Shown here piece after piece: positions 1-13,479 of a stretch of DNA of 64,000 nucleotides. Source of the DNA: Alphaproteobacteria bacterium. Lineage in GTDB: Bacteria; Pseudomonadota; Alphaproteobacteria; GCA-2731375. Below the pieces are notes generated by a model. It was not told the DNA's origin. It did not search any database and saw nothing but the letters and a program-made list of their open reading frames with translations. The DNA lies in assembly GCA_965232515.1 (NCBI GenBank), contig CBDDPY010000002.1, forward strand, positions 1,408,001 through 1,472,000, in the 5' to 3' direction. Numbering within the stretch: position 1 is the stretch's first letter; each line of letters opens with the position of its first letter. The position numbers and the translations under genes are program-made.

Positions 1-877
1 CATGCGCGCGGTCGACCTCGACCTTGGTGTTCTCGAGGCCGATGTCCTCGACGTTGCCGACGATACCGACGGCCGAGATCACGCGATCGACCGTGATCGT
101 CTCGTTCTTGCCCTTGTTCTCGATGGTCGCCTTGACGTTGTTGGCGCCCTTCTCGAGCTTCGTGACCTTGGCGCCCGTCTTCAGCTTCATGCCTTGCTTC
201 TCGAAGGCCTTATGGGCGAAGGCTGAGATCTCCTCGTCCTCAACCGGCAGCACCCGGTCCAGCACCTCGACCACCGTAACATCGGCGCCGAGCGTATTGA
301 AAAAGCTGGCGAATTCGATACCGATGGCGCCGGAGCCGATGACCAACAGCGATTTCGGCATGACATCAGGCACCATGGCGTGGCGGTAGGTCCAGATCAG
401 CTTGCCGTCGGCCTCCATGCCCGGCAGCTCGCGGGCCCGCGCGCCGGTCGCCAGGATGATGTGCTTAGCGGCGATGTCGGCAACCGTCTTACCGTCTTTC
501 TCGACCGCGATCTTGCCCTTGCCGGCGAGACGGCCATGGCCCTCGACGACCGTCACCTTGTTCTTGCGCAGCAGGTGCTTGACGCCGCCGTTAAGCTGGC
601 CGGCGACGGCACGGCTGCGCTTGACGATCTTCTGAAGGTCGAACTTGATGTCCTTGGCGGAAAAGCCGAATTCGTCGAGACGATGCATCAGGTGATAGAT
701 CTCGGAGCTGCGCAACAGCGCCTTTGTCGGGATACAGCCCCAGTTCAGGCAGATACCGCCGAGCAATTCGCGCTCGACCACCGCCGCTTTCATGCCGAGT
801 TGCGCCGCCCGGATGGCGGCGACATAGCCGCCGGGTCCACTACCGACGACGACGACGTCGAAATTCTGCTCCGCCAT
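1..877 (-). CDS. lpdA: dihydrolipoamide dehydrogenase (E3), 3' part outside window
   Basis: Not in ORF track (runs off the edge). Reverse complement from ATG at 877 reads MAEQNFDVVVVGSGPGGYVAAIRAAQLGMK...GGICLNWGCIPTKALLRS, the FAD-binding and redox-disulfide motifs; follows pdhC. Confidence 0.95.
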   Translation of the reverse strand, partial: MAEQNFDVVVVGSGPGGYVAAIRAAQLGMKAAVVERELLGGICLNWGCIPTKALLRSSEIYHLMHRLDEFGFSAKDIKFDLQKIVKRSRAVAGQLNGGVKHLLRKNKVTVVEGHGRLAGKGKIAVEKDGKTVADIAAKHIILATGARARELPGMEADGKLIWTYRHAMVPDVMPKSLLVIGSGAIGIEFASFFNTLGADVTVVEVLDRVLPVEDEEISAFAHKAFEKQGMKLKTGAKVTKLEKGANNVKATIENKGKNETITVDRVISAVGIVGNVEDIGLENTKVEVDRAH

Positions 878-909
878 ACGCTTTAATCCCTTCCGGCTTG
901 CAACGCCCG

Positions 910-2238
910 TTACAGCATCATCGTCATCGGATCTTCGATCAGCTTCTTGAACGCCGCCATGTATTCGGCGCCCACGGCCCCATCGACCGAACGGTGATCG
1001 ACCGACAAGGTACAGGACATCACGGTGGCAATGCCGAGCGTGCCGTCCTTCACCACCGGCCGCTGCTCGCCAGCGCCGACGGCCAGGATGCAGCCCTGCG
1101 GTGTGTTGATCACGGCCTCGAACTGCTTGATGCCATACATGCCGAGGTTGGACACCGAGAACGTGCCGCCCTGAAACTCCTCCGGGCGCAGTTTGCCGTC
1201 GCGGGCCCGGCCGGCCAGCTCTTTCATCTCGGCTGAAATCGTCGACAGCCCCTTCTGCTCGGCCGACCGCACGATCGGCGTAATCAAACCGCCGTCGAGG
1301 GCGACGGCGACGGCGACGTCGGCCGTCTTGTAGTACTTGATGCCGTCACCGGCCCAGGAAGCGTTGGCGGCCGGCACCTTCATCAGCGCCAATGCCGCCG
1401 CCTTGATGACGAGATCGTTGACCGACAGCTTGAATTCGCCGTCGCCGCGCGCGTTCAGATCCTTGCGCAGCGCCAGCAGCGCGTCGATCTCGCAGTCGAC
1501 CGTCAGGTAGAAGTGCGGCGCCTGCTGCTTCGACTCGGTCATGCGGCGGGCGACGACCTTGCGCATGTTGTTGGCCGGCACGAACTCGAAATCCGGCTCG
1601 AAGGGTTGAGGTTCGCTGGTCGAAACCGCGGGCGCCGGGACCGGAGCCGCGGCGGGCGCGGCAGCCGGTGCCGGCAGCGACAGCGCCTTTTCGATATCCG
1701 CCTTGACGATGCGGCCATGTGGTCCCGAGCCGGTGACCGCGGTCAGATCAAGGCCGGCCTGGGCCGCCATGCGCCGGGCCAGGGGGCTCGCCTTGATGCG
1801 TTCGCCGGCAGCGTTGGTCGGCGCCGGGGGGGCGGCCTGCACCGCACCGCCGCCATTGGTTTTCGGCGGGGCCGACGCGGCGGGCGCGGTCGCCGGCGCT
1901 TCGGCGGCTGGTGCTGGAGCCGCTGCCGGGGCCTCGGCGGCAGCTGGCGCCGGGCCGCCGGCCGGCTGATAGCCGGAAAGCGCGCTCTCGTCCTCGTCCT
2001 CCTCCAGCACGATGGCGATGGCGGCGTTCACGGCCACGCCCTCGGTCCCTTCCGGCACCAGGATCTTGGCGACCTTGCCCTCGTCGACCGTCTCGACCTC
2101 CATGGTCGCTTTGTCGGTCTCGATCTCGGCGATGATGTCGCCGGAGCTGATGGTGTCGCCCTCGTTGACCAGCCACTTGGCCAGCGTGCCTTCCGTCATG
2201 GTCGGCGACAACGCCGGCATGGTGATGGTGATCGGCAT
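910..2238 (-). CDS. pdhC: pyruvate dehydrogenase E2 dihydrolipoamide acetyltransferase
   Basis: Lipoyl domain ETDKATM, E3-binding [15 protein letters not shown], catalytic DHRSVDG. Confidence 0.97.
   Translation of the reverse strand: MPITITMPALSPTMTEGTLAKWLVNEGDTISSGDIIAEIETDKATMEVETVDEGKVAKILVPEGTEGVAVNAAIAIVLEEDEDESALSGYQPAGGPAPAAAEAPAAAPAPAAEAPATAPAASAPPKTNGGGAVQAAPPAPTNAAGERIKASPLARRMAAQAGLDLTAVTGSGPHGRIVKADIEKALSLPAPAAAPAAAPVPAPAVSTSEPQPFEPDFEFVPANNMRKVVARRMTESKQQAPHFYLTVDCEIDALLALRKDLNARGDGEFKLSVNDLVIKAAALALMKVPAANASWAGDGIKYYKTADVAVAVALDGGLITPIVRSAEQKGLSTISAEMKELAGRARDGKLRPEEFQGGTFSVSNLGMYGIKQFEAVINTPQGCILAVGAGEQRPVVKDGTLGIATVMSCTLSVDHRSVDGAVGAEYMAAFKKLIEDPMTMML
2167..2238 (-). repeat. 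duplicated lipoyl-domain start shared with pdhB (3604..3675)
   Basis: First 24 residues [24 protein letters not shown] are identical in pdhB and pdhC; the DNA is near identical. Confidence 0.85.
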
Positions 2239-2280
2239 GTCAGAGCCCCCGTCCGTTTCGTCCGTTCTTGTTGCCTGCGC

Positions 2281-3675
<1,395 letters not shown>

Positions 3676-3718
3676 TCTGTCTCCTCCCCCGAGGCGCCGT
3701 CCGCGCGCTGTCGCCGGT

Positions 3719-4735
3719 TCAGGCGTCCACCAGCACGTCGGTATAGAGCTCGGACGGATCCGGCTCCGGGCTGTTCTGCGCGAATTCCGCGGCCTCGGTC
3801 ACGCGGGCCTTGATGTCGCGATCGATATCCTTGAGCACGGCCTCGTCGACGCCACCGGCCTCGACGATCTTCTCGCGCAGACGATCGATCGGATCGCGTT
3901 CGGAGCGGACCTTCTGGACCTCTTCCTTGGTACGGTACTTGGCCGGATCGGACATGGAATGACCGCGATAGCGGTAGGTCTTCATTTCCAGGATCATCGG
4001 CCCGTTGCCGGCCCGGGCGTGGGCCACGGCCTCGTCGCCGGCCGCTCTCACGGCAACGACGTCCATGCCGTCGACCTGCATGCCGGGGATACCCAGGCTT
4101 TCGCCGCGACGGTGCATCTCGGTCTGGGCCGTGGCGCGGGCCACCGAGGTGCCCATGGCGTACTGGTTGTTCTCGATGATGTAGATCACCGGCAGGCGCC
4201 AGAGCGCCGCCATGTTGAAAGACTCATAGACCTGGCCCTGGTTGGCCGAGCCGTCGCCGAAATAGGTCAGGCTGACCCGGTCGGTCTCGTTGTACTTGTG
4301 GGCAAACGCGAGGCCGGTGCCGATCGGCACCTGGGCGCCGACGATGCCGTGACCGCCATAGAAATTCTTCTCGCGGCTGAACATGTGCATCGAGCCGCCC
4401 TTGCCCTTGGAGTAGCCGCCGCTGCGGCCGGTCAGCTCGGCCATGACGCCCTTCGGGTCCATGCCGCAGGCCAGCATGTGGCCGTGGTCGCGGTAGCTGG
4501 TGATGACGACGTCACCCTCGTCGATCGCCGCCTGCATGCCGACCACGACGGCTTCCTGGCCGATATAGAGGTGACAGAAGCCACCGATCAGGCCCATGCC
4601 GTACATTTGTCCCGCCTTCTCCTCGAAGCGGCGGATCAGCAACATGTCCTTGTAGTAGGTCAGGAGATCTTCGGCGGTTACATCAGCCGGTACGTCGGCT
4701 TCGTCGGTTCTGCGCTTGCGTCGGGTTTTTGGCAT
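3719..4735 (-). CDS. pdhA: pyruvate dehydrogenase E1 alpha
   Basis: [14 protein letters not shown]-binding [23 protein letters not shown]. Confidence 0.97.
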   Translation of the reverse strand: MPKTRRKRRTDEADVPADVTAEDLLTYYKDMLLIRRFEEKAGQMYGMGLIGGFCHLYIGQEAVVVGMQAAIDEGDVVITSYRDHGHMLACGMDPKGVMAELTGRSGGYSKGKGGSMHMFSREKNFYGGHGIVGAQVPIGTGLAFAHKYNETDRVSLTYFGDGSANQGQVYESFNMAALWRLPVIYIIENNQYAMGTSVARATAQTEMHRRGESLGIPGMQVDGMDVVAVRAAGDEAVAHARAGNGPMILEMKTYRYRGHSMSDPAKYRTKEEVQKVRSERDPIDRLREKIVEAGGVDEAVLKDIDRDIKARVTEAAEFAQNSPEPDPSELYTDVLVDA

Positions 4736-4798
4736 CTGTCCTTCCTAGACTGCGCCGGCCACGGCGCCCGGCCGATCAGGCCACGACGCGGAGGCTCG

Positions 4799-4920
4799 GG
4801 GCCAGACGCCCGGCGAATGCGGGCGTCTGGCCCTGAAATTGGTCTACCCAAAGAATTATTAAAGGGTGAAAGTCGTTGTTCTACAACGGAATTCGCCGGA
4901 TTAACTTGTTTTCAGTTAAT
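4799..4920 (-). promoter_or_regulatory. pdh operon upstream region: 14-bp leader hairpin plus palindromic operator-like sites
   Basis: GGGCCAGACGCCCG-N7-CGGGCGTCTGGCCC (4799-4833); CGTTGT-N3-ACAACG (4874-4888); ATTAACT-N7-AGTTAAT (4900-4920) in an AT-rich patch. Confidence 0.5.
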
Positions 4921-5001
4921 TCGCGCATTCGTGAACGAACGAACGGCCGTCGCAGCGGCGGCGCGTAAGCCGTTGAAACCTCAATCGCCGAGCGAACGCC
5001 G

Positions 5002-5313
5002 TCAGTCGAGATAGATGATCAGATCGTCGGGATGGGCGAGACCGAGCACGTCGCGGACCTGCTCGTCCAGCATATCGGGATCGACGTGATCGGGATGCAT
5101 CAGCGCGACCCGGCGTTCCAAACGCTCGCGCTCCGCCCTGACCTGCGCCGCCACGACCTCGACCTCCGCCAGCTCCGCCGCCAGACGGGCATGCGCCAGG
5201 ACGCCGCGCTCGCCCTGCACAGCATGATAGCCGAAATAGGCAATCACCAGCACGCAAAGCAATGGCGGCAGCGTCTGCCGCACCAGCCGGCGAATGTCGA
5301 ACCACGCATCCAT
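5002..5313 (-). CDS. ftsB: septum formation initiator FtsB/DivIC family
   Basis: N-terminal TM, YFGYHAVQGERG, coiled coil, DPDMLDEQVRDVLGL; conserved position between eno and pdhA. Confidence 0.85.
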   Translation of the reverse strand: MDAWFDIRRLVRQTLPPLLCVLVIAYFGYHAVQGERGVLAHARLAAELAEVEVVAAQVRAERERLERRVALMHPDHVDPDMLDEQVRDVLGLAHPDDLIIYLD

Positions 5314-5425
5314 GCGGGGAGAGAATCACGCGCGAATCGCGGCGTCAAGGGCGAATGGTCCGAATTCTCAGCGGCTTACGCCGATTCGCTTGACCGCGAT
5401 ATCTGCTTAAAGCGAAATTCACGCC

Positions 5426-7371
<1,946 letters not shown>

Positions 7372-7411
7372 TTACCCGTTCCGGGGCTGATAGCGTTATC
7401 GGCTCCGACTG

Positions 7412-7972
7412 TCAAAGCGACCGAACGACCATCGCCACGACAAGGACCACGGCCAGGATCAGGAACAGCCGACGGCCGCCGCCAAGCCGGTCGACCATGG
7501 CCGCGATCGGGCCCTGCTTCCGCACCAGCCGGGCGTCGAGACGGCCCCGCGCGGCGGCGGCCATGGCCGCGGCGAACATCGCCTCCGCATGCGAACGGAC
7601 CTGGGTCAGCGCCTCCGGCGACGGCCGCAGGCCAAACTCGCCGGGCGGCGGGCGCTCGTATTCACGAGCCAGAATGCCAAAGATCTCGTCGAGGAAGCCA
7701 CGCACCTTGGCGCGGGCGGACGCTTCCAGACTGGCCGGGTCCCTGCCCTGCTCTTCGGCAATGTTCACGATCAGCTTGTTGACGTTGCCGAGGCAGGCAT
7801 CGATCGTCCGGCGCGCATAACCGAAGGTGTAGTGGTCGGGGCTGCGCTCGGCGCCCATCATCGACGGCGCGGCATCGGCCCGGGCCCGGTTGTGACTGGT
7901 ATGGAACTGGACGAGGTGCGCTTCGAGAAGCTCGTCGAGCAGGCGCTCGAAATCGCCGCCGTTGGCGGTCAT
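7412..7972 (-). CDS. hypothetical protein with C-terminal transmembrane anchor
   Basis: Starts 4 nt after the kdsA stop, helical protein-like composition, C-terminal RRLFLILAVVLVVAMVVRSL. Confidence 0.6.
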   Translation of the reverse strand: MTANGGDFERLLDELLEAHLVQFHTSHNRARADAAPSMMGAERSPDHYTFGYARRTIDACLGNVNKLIVNIAEEQGRDPASLEASARAKVRGFLDEIFGILAREYERPPPGEFGLRPSPEALTQVRSHAEAMFAAAMAAAARGRLDARLVRKQGPIAAMVDRLGGGRRLFLILAVVLVVAMVVRSL

Positions 7973-7976
7973 GGGG

Positions 7977-8807
7977 TCAGCCGGCTTTCGTCAGCCGGTC
8001 GATGGCGACGAGGCGGGCGAGCAGATCCTCGATCTCGGACAATGGCACCATGTTGGGGCCATCCGACGGCGCGCTGTCAGGATCCTGGTGGGTCTCCATA
8101 AACACGGCGGCGACGCCGACCGCGACCGCGGCCCGCGCCAGCACCGGCACGAATTCGCGCTGACCGCCGCTGGTGGCGCCGCGGCCGCCCGGCTGCTGCA
8201 CGGAATGGGTGGCGTCGAACACGACCGGATAGCCGGTCTCGGCCAGGATCGGGAGCGCCCGCATGTCGGACACGAGCGTGTTGTAGCCGAAGCTGGCACC
8301 GCGTTCGGTTACCAGCACCCGGTCGTTGCCGGCGCCGGTGATCTTGGCGACGACGTTGGCCATGTCCCAGGGCGCCAGGAACTGGCCCTTCTTGACGTTG
8401 ACGGCCCGACCGGTCGCGGCCGCGGCCAGCAACAGATCGGTCTGCCGGCAAAGGAATGCCGGGATCTGCAGCACGTCGACGGCCTCGGCCACGGGCGCGC
8501 ACTGATCCGCCGCGTGCACGTCGGTCAGCACCGGACAGCCGACGGTCTCGCGCACCTCGGCGAAAATCGGCAGGGCCGCATCCATGCCGAGGCCGCGCGG
8601 GCTGTCGGACGAGGTCCTGTTGGCTTTGTCGTAGGAGGTCTTGTAGATCAGGCCGAGCCCCAGCCGGTCGGTGATCTCGGTCAGGGCGCCGGCCATCTCC
8701 AGCGCGTGCTGACGGCTTTCCATGGCGCAAGGACCGGCGATCAATGTCAACGGCAGGTCGTTACCGAAGCTGACATCGCCCACCTGAACCTGATGCTGTG
8801 CCGTCAT
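7977..8807 (-). CDS. kdsA: KDO 8-phosphate synthase
   Basis: [44 protein letters not shown]; alternative GTG start at 8816. Confidence 0.97.
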   Translation of the reverse strand: MTAQHQVQVGDVSFGNDLPLTLIAGPCAMESRQHALEMAGALTEITDRLGLGLIYKTSYDKANRTSSDSPRGLGMDAALPIFAEVRETVGCPVLTDVHAADQCAPVAEAVDVLQIPAFLCRQTDLLLAAAATGRAVNVKKGQFLAPWDMANVVAKITGAGNDRVLVTERGASFGYNTLVSDMRALPILAETGYPVVFDATHSVQQPGGRGATSGGQREFVPVLARAAVAVGVAAVFMETHQDPDSAPSDGPNMVPLSEIEDLLARLVAIDRLTKAG

Positions 8808-8842
8808 TTCAAGCACTTACCTCGCGTGGCTGAGATCAATCG

Positions 8843-10477
<1,635 letters not shown>

Positions 10478-10564
10478 TTATTCTATACCGGGTTTGACGA
10501 TCGCAAAGACGAAACCACCCGACACTGTCGGGAAGCCCCAGATTTCAGCCATTTTTTTGGCCCG

Positions 10565-10894
10565 TCAGTCGGTAACGGGAACGGTCGGGTTCTGCGGATT
10601 TATCGGCTGATTCGCCAACGGCGCCGCCGGTGGCGCACCGTCGAGCACCGAGCGCTGCTCGCCGCCGCCGCCGGCAAGAATTGTCAGCAGGATACTGGTC
10701 GCCATGAAGCACGCCGCGAGCACCGCCGTCGCTCGCGTCAGCAGGTTGGACGCCGACCGGCCGGTCATCAGGCCGCCACCGGCCCCGCCGCTGCCGCCGA
10801 TACCCAGCGCCCCGCCCTCGCTGCGCTGCAGGAGCACAACGATCACGATGGCGATCGCCAGCAGCAGATGAATGACGATGACGACTTCCTGCAT
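10565..10894 (-). CDS. secG: preprotein translocase SecG
   Basis: VLLQRSEGGALG, NLLTRATAVLA; tpiA-secG-pyrG synteny. Confidence 0.95.
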   Translation of the reverse strand: MQEVVIVIHLLLAIAIVIVVLLQRSEGGALGIGGSGGAGGGLMTGRSASNLLTRATAVLAACFMATSILLTILAGGGGEQRSVLDGAPPAAPLANQPINPQNPTVPVTD

Positions 10895-11047
10895 GACCTG
10901 AAAACCAACCTTACGTCACAGCAAAAGCGCGCCGGCCGTCCGAACGACCCACACACGCCCTTGCCGAAGAGATAAGTGCGAACGGCCGCTTGTACACCAT
11001 CCAATCGGCGGATTCCAGGCGCGAGTGCGGCTTTTTTTGGCCTCCAT

Positions 11048-11809
11048 TCAGGCCTTTTCCCGGACGATCGGCCAGAAATCCTTTGCCGTCAAACTGGCCC
11101 CGCCGACCAGTGCGCCATCGACATTGGCCACGGCGAGCAGTTCGGCCGCATTGCCAGCCTTTACCGAGCCGCCATAGAGAAGCCGCATGCCCTGCCCGTC
11201 GGCCTTGAACCGGCGGACCAGACGCGAGCGGATCGAGGCATGCACGTCGGCCACGTCCTCCACTGTCGGGGTCAGGCCGGTGCCGATCGCCCAGACCGGC
11301 TCGTAGGCGACGACCGTATTCTTTGCCGTGGCGCCGACCGGCAATGAACCGCGCAACTGGGCGCCCACGACCTTCAACGTCTCGCGCCGCCGGCGCTGCG
11401 CCGCCGTCTCGCCCACACAGATAATGGCGGTCAGGCCGGCCCGGTACGCCGCCTCGGCCTTCGTCCGCACCAGCTTGTCCGTTTCGCCGTGATCGGCGCG
11501 GCGTTCCGAATGGCCGACAATGACATAACGACAGCCGGCATCGGCCAGCATCTCGGCGGCGATATCGCCTGTATGGGCGCCCGACGCCGACACATGACAA
11601 TCCTGGCCGCCGAGCGCGATACGACTGCCCTTCAAGACCTGCCGCAGCGTCGGCAGCAGCGGCGCCGGCGGACAGATCAGCACATCGCAGCGGAGCCGTT
11701 TAAGGCCGGCCACGCGCCTGGCGAGCGCCTTGGCCTCCCGCGTCGCGGGCCGGGCCAGGCCGTTCATCTTCCAGTTGCCGGCAATCAGCGGGCGTGGTTG
11801 TTGCGCCAT
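11048..11809 (-). CDS. tpiA: triosephosphate isomerase
   Basis: [37 protein letters not shown]. Confidence 0.97.
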   Translation of the reverse strand: MAQQPRPLIAGNWKMNGLARPATREAKALARRVAGLKRLRCDVLICPPAPLLPTLRQVLKGSRIALGGQDCHVSASGAHTGDIAAEMLADAGCRYVIVGHSERRADHGETDKLVRTKAEAAYRAGLTAIICVGETAAQRRRRETLKVVGAQLRGSLPVGATAKNTVVAYEPVWAIGTGLTPTVEDVADVHASIRSRLVRRFKADGQGMRLLYGGSVKAGNAAELLAVANVDGALVGGASLTAKDFWPIVREKA

Positions 11810-11954
11810 GGATTTTTTCTCCCCGACAGCGACGCTTGGTTCGGGGGCGATCTAGCAGAAGCAGGCGGAACATGCCAGCCGACCGCAATGCGGCGCTCTC
11901 GACCGCGCGCGCCGCCGCCCCTAAACTCTGCCGAAATCAAGTGAGTGAGATGTG

Positions 11955-12524
11955 ATGACCGACGACCCGTTAGAGCGCTTTATCGCCGATTGCCGCAACT
12001 GCGCTGCAGGTCATGAAGAGGCGGCCGACTGTGTCGCCGCGATCGCGCCGAAGATGCTGGATCTGCTCGGCGGCGACAGGGCCTTTCTGAAGCCAGCCCA
12101 TTTCCGCAGCGATCCGGACCAGTATGCCCGGAACCTGATTTATGCCACCGACGACGGCGATATCTCGCTGTACGCCCTGGTCTGGCAGCCCGGCCAATGG
12201 ACGCCCGTTCATGACCATGGCTCGTGGGGCGTCGTCGGCGTCGTCGAGGGCGTGCTGGAAGAACGCAACGTGATCCGCGTCGACAACCACCACGATCGGG
12301 AAACCGGCATCGGCCTCGCTCGCGGCGGGGTGATCCTGCTGGGCGAAGGCACGGTGACGACCTTCGTGCCGAATCCGGACCATATTCACATGACGGGCGT
12401 GCCGGCCGAACGCAAGCGCGCGGTCAGCCTGCATCTCTATGGCCGCATGATGAGCAACTTCCACATCTACGACGTCGATGCCGGCACCCGCCGGCTGGTC
12501 GACGTCGCGCACAACGAAAGCTGA
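11955..12524 (+). CDS. cysteine/thiol dioxygenase family cupin
   Basis: YARNLIY, WQPGQWTPVHDHGSWG, DHIH, SLHLYG: 3-His iron site and Ser-His-Tyr triad. Confidence 0.85.
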   Translation: MTDDPLERFIADCRNCAAGHEEAADCVAAIAPKMLDLLGGDRAFLKPAHFRSDPDQYARNLIYATDDGDISLYALVWQPGQWTPVHDHGSWGVVGVVEGVLEERNVIRVDNHHDRETGIGLARGGVILLGEGTVTTFVPNPDHIHMTGVPAERKRAVSLHLYGRMMSNFHIYDVDAGTRRLVDVAHNES

Positions 12525-12541
12525 CGTCCGACGAGGCCGAA

Positions 12542-13330
12542 ATGTGCCGCTGGCTCGCCTATTCCGGTCCACCGATCTTCCTCGACACGTTGATCTTCAA
12601 GCCCGAGAACTCGCTCGCGACCCAGAGCCTGACCGCGCAGGAGAGCGTCACCACCACGAATGGCGACGGCTTCGGAATCGGCTGGTACGGCGAGAAGCCC
12701 GAACCGGGCCAGTTCCGGGATATCCTGCCGGCCTGGAACGACTCAAACCTGCATGCGGTGTCGGAACAGATCGCCTCGAGGCTGTTCTTCGCGCATGTGC
12801 GGGCATCGACCGGCACGCCGACATCGCGGACCAACTGCCACCCGTTCCGTCACGGCCGGCATCTGTTCATGCACAACGGCCAGATCGGCGAGTTCGAACG
12901 TATCCGCCGGGAGCTGACGCTTCGGATCCGGCCCGAGCTTTTCAGGCACCTGCAGGGCACGACCGACAGCGAGCTGTTTTTTTTCCTGCTGCTGGGCCAT
13001 GGCCTGGACGACGACCCCGGCGCCGCATTCGCCCTCGGCGTCCGTGAGGTATTGGACGTGATGGCCAAGGCCGGCGTCACGGCGCCGTTCCGGATGACGG
13101 CGGCCGTCAGCGACGGCGAGAGCATTCACGCGCTGCGTTATGCCGACGACGACCGGGCGCCGACGCTCTATTACGGCAATACGGAAGGCCGGCAGAGCGG
13201 CGAATCCGTGCTGATCCTGTCCGAGCCGCTCGATCAGAAGACGGGCAGCTGGACGGCCCTGCCACAATCCCACATGCTGTCGGCAACAGACGGCAAGATC
13301 GTGGTCATGCCCTTTTCCCCGGCCGGCTGA
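12542..13330 (+). CDS. class II (Ntn) glutamine amidotransferase, EgtC/YafJ/Dug3-like
   Basis: True start MCRWLAYSG (Cys2 nucleophile) inside the longer track ORF; NGDGFGIGWY, FAHVRAST, NCHPF, FMHNG, GTTDSE, SEPL. Confidence 0.9.
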   Translation: MCRWLAYSGPPIFLDTLIFKPENSLATQSLTAQESVTTTNGDGFGIGWYGEKPEPGQFRDILPAWNDSNLHAVSEQIASRLFFAHVRASTGTPTSRTNCHPFRHGRHLFMHNGQIGEFERIRRELTLRIRPELFRHLQGTTDSELFFFLLLGHGLDDDPGAAFALGVREVLDVMAKAGVTAPFRMTAAVSDGESIHALRYADDDRAPTLYYGNTEGRQSGESVLILSEPLDQKTGSWTALPQSHMLSATDGKIVVMPFSPAG

Positions 13331-13358
13331 ACCGACCGGAAGACCGCCGCCAGGGAAC

Positions 13359-13387
13359 TTGCCGGCCCGTGGCCGCGTTTCTATGAT
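13359..13387 (+). promoter_or_regulatory. sigma70-type promoter of ppiD
   Basis: TTGCCG-N17-TATGAT about 90 nt upstream of the ATG. Confidence 0.55.
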
Positions 13388-13479
13388 GCCGGCCCGCGCG
13401 AACAGGCTCGTGGCTTGACATCGCGGAGAGGACCGCCGACCTCCTTGTCGGCGGCAAGAAACCTGGGAGCCATCGGCAC

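Noticed and set aside
12224-12541. Long N-terminal extensions in the ORF track (also gltX, lpxB, rnj, birA, pyrH)
   Set aside because: Artefacts of taking the first start codon; they overlap upstream genes, and the Ntn enzyme needs Cys at its N-terminus.
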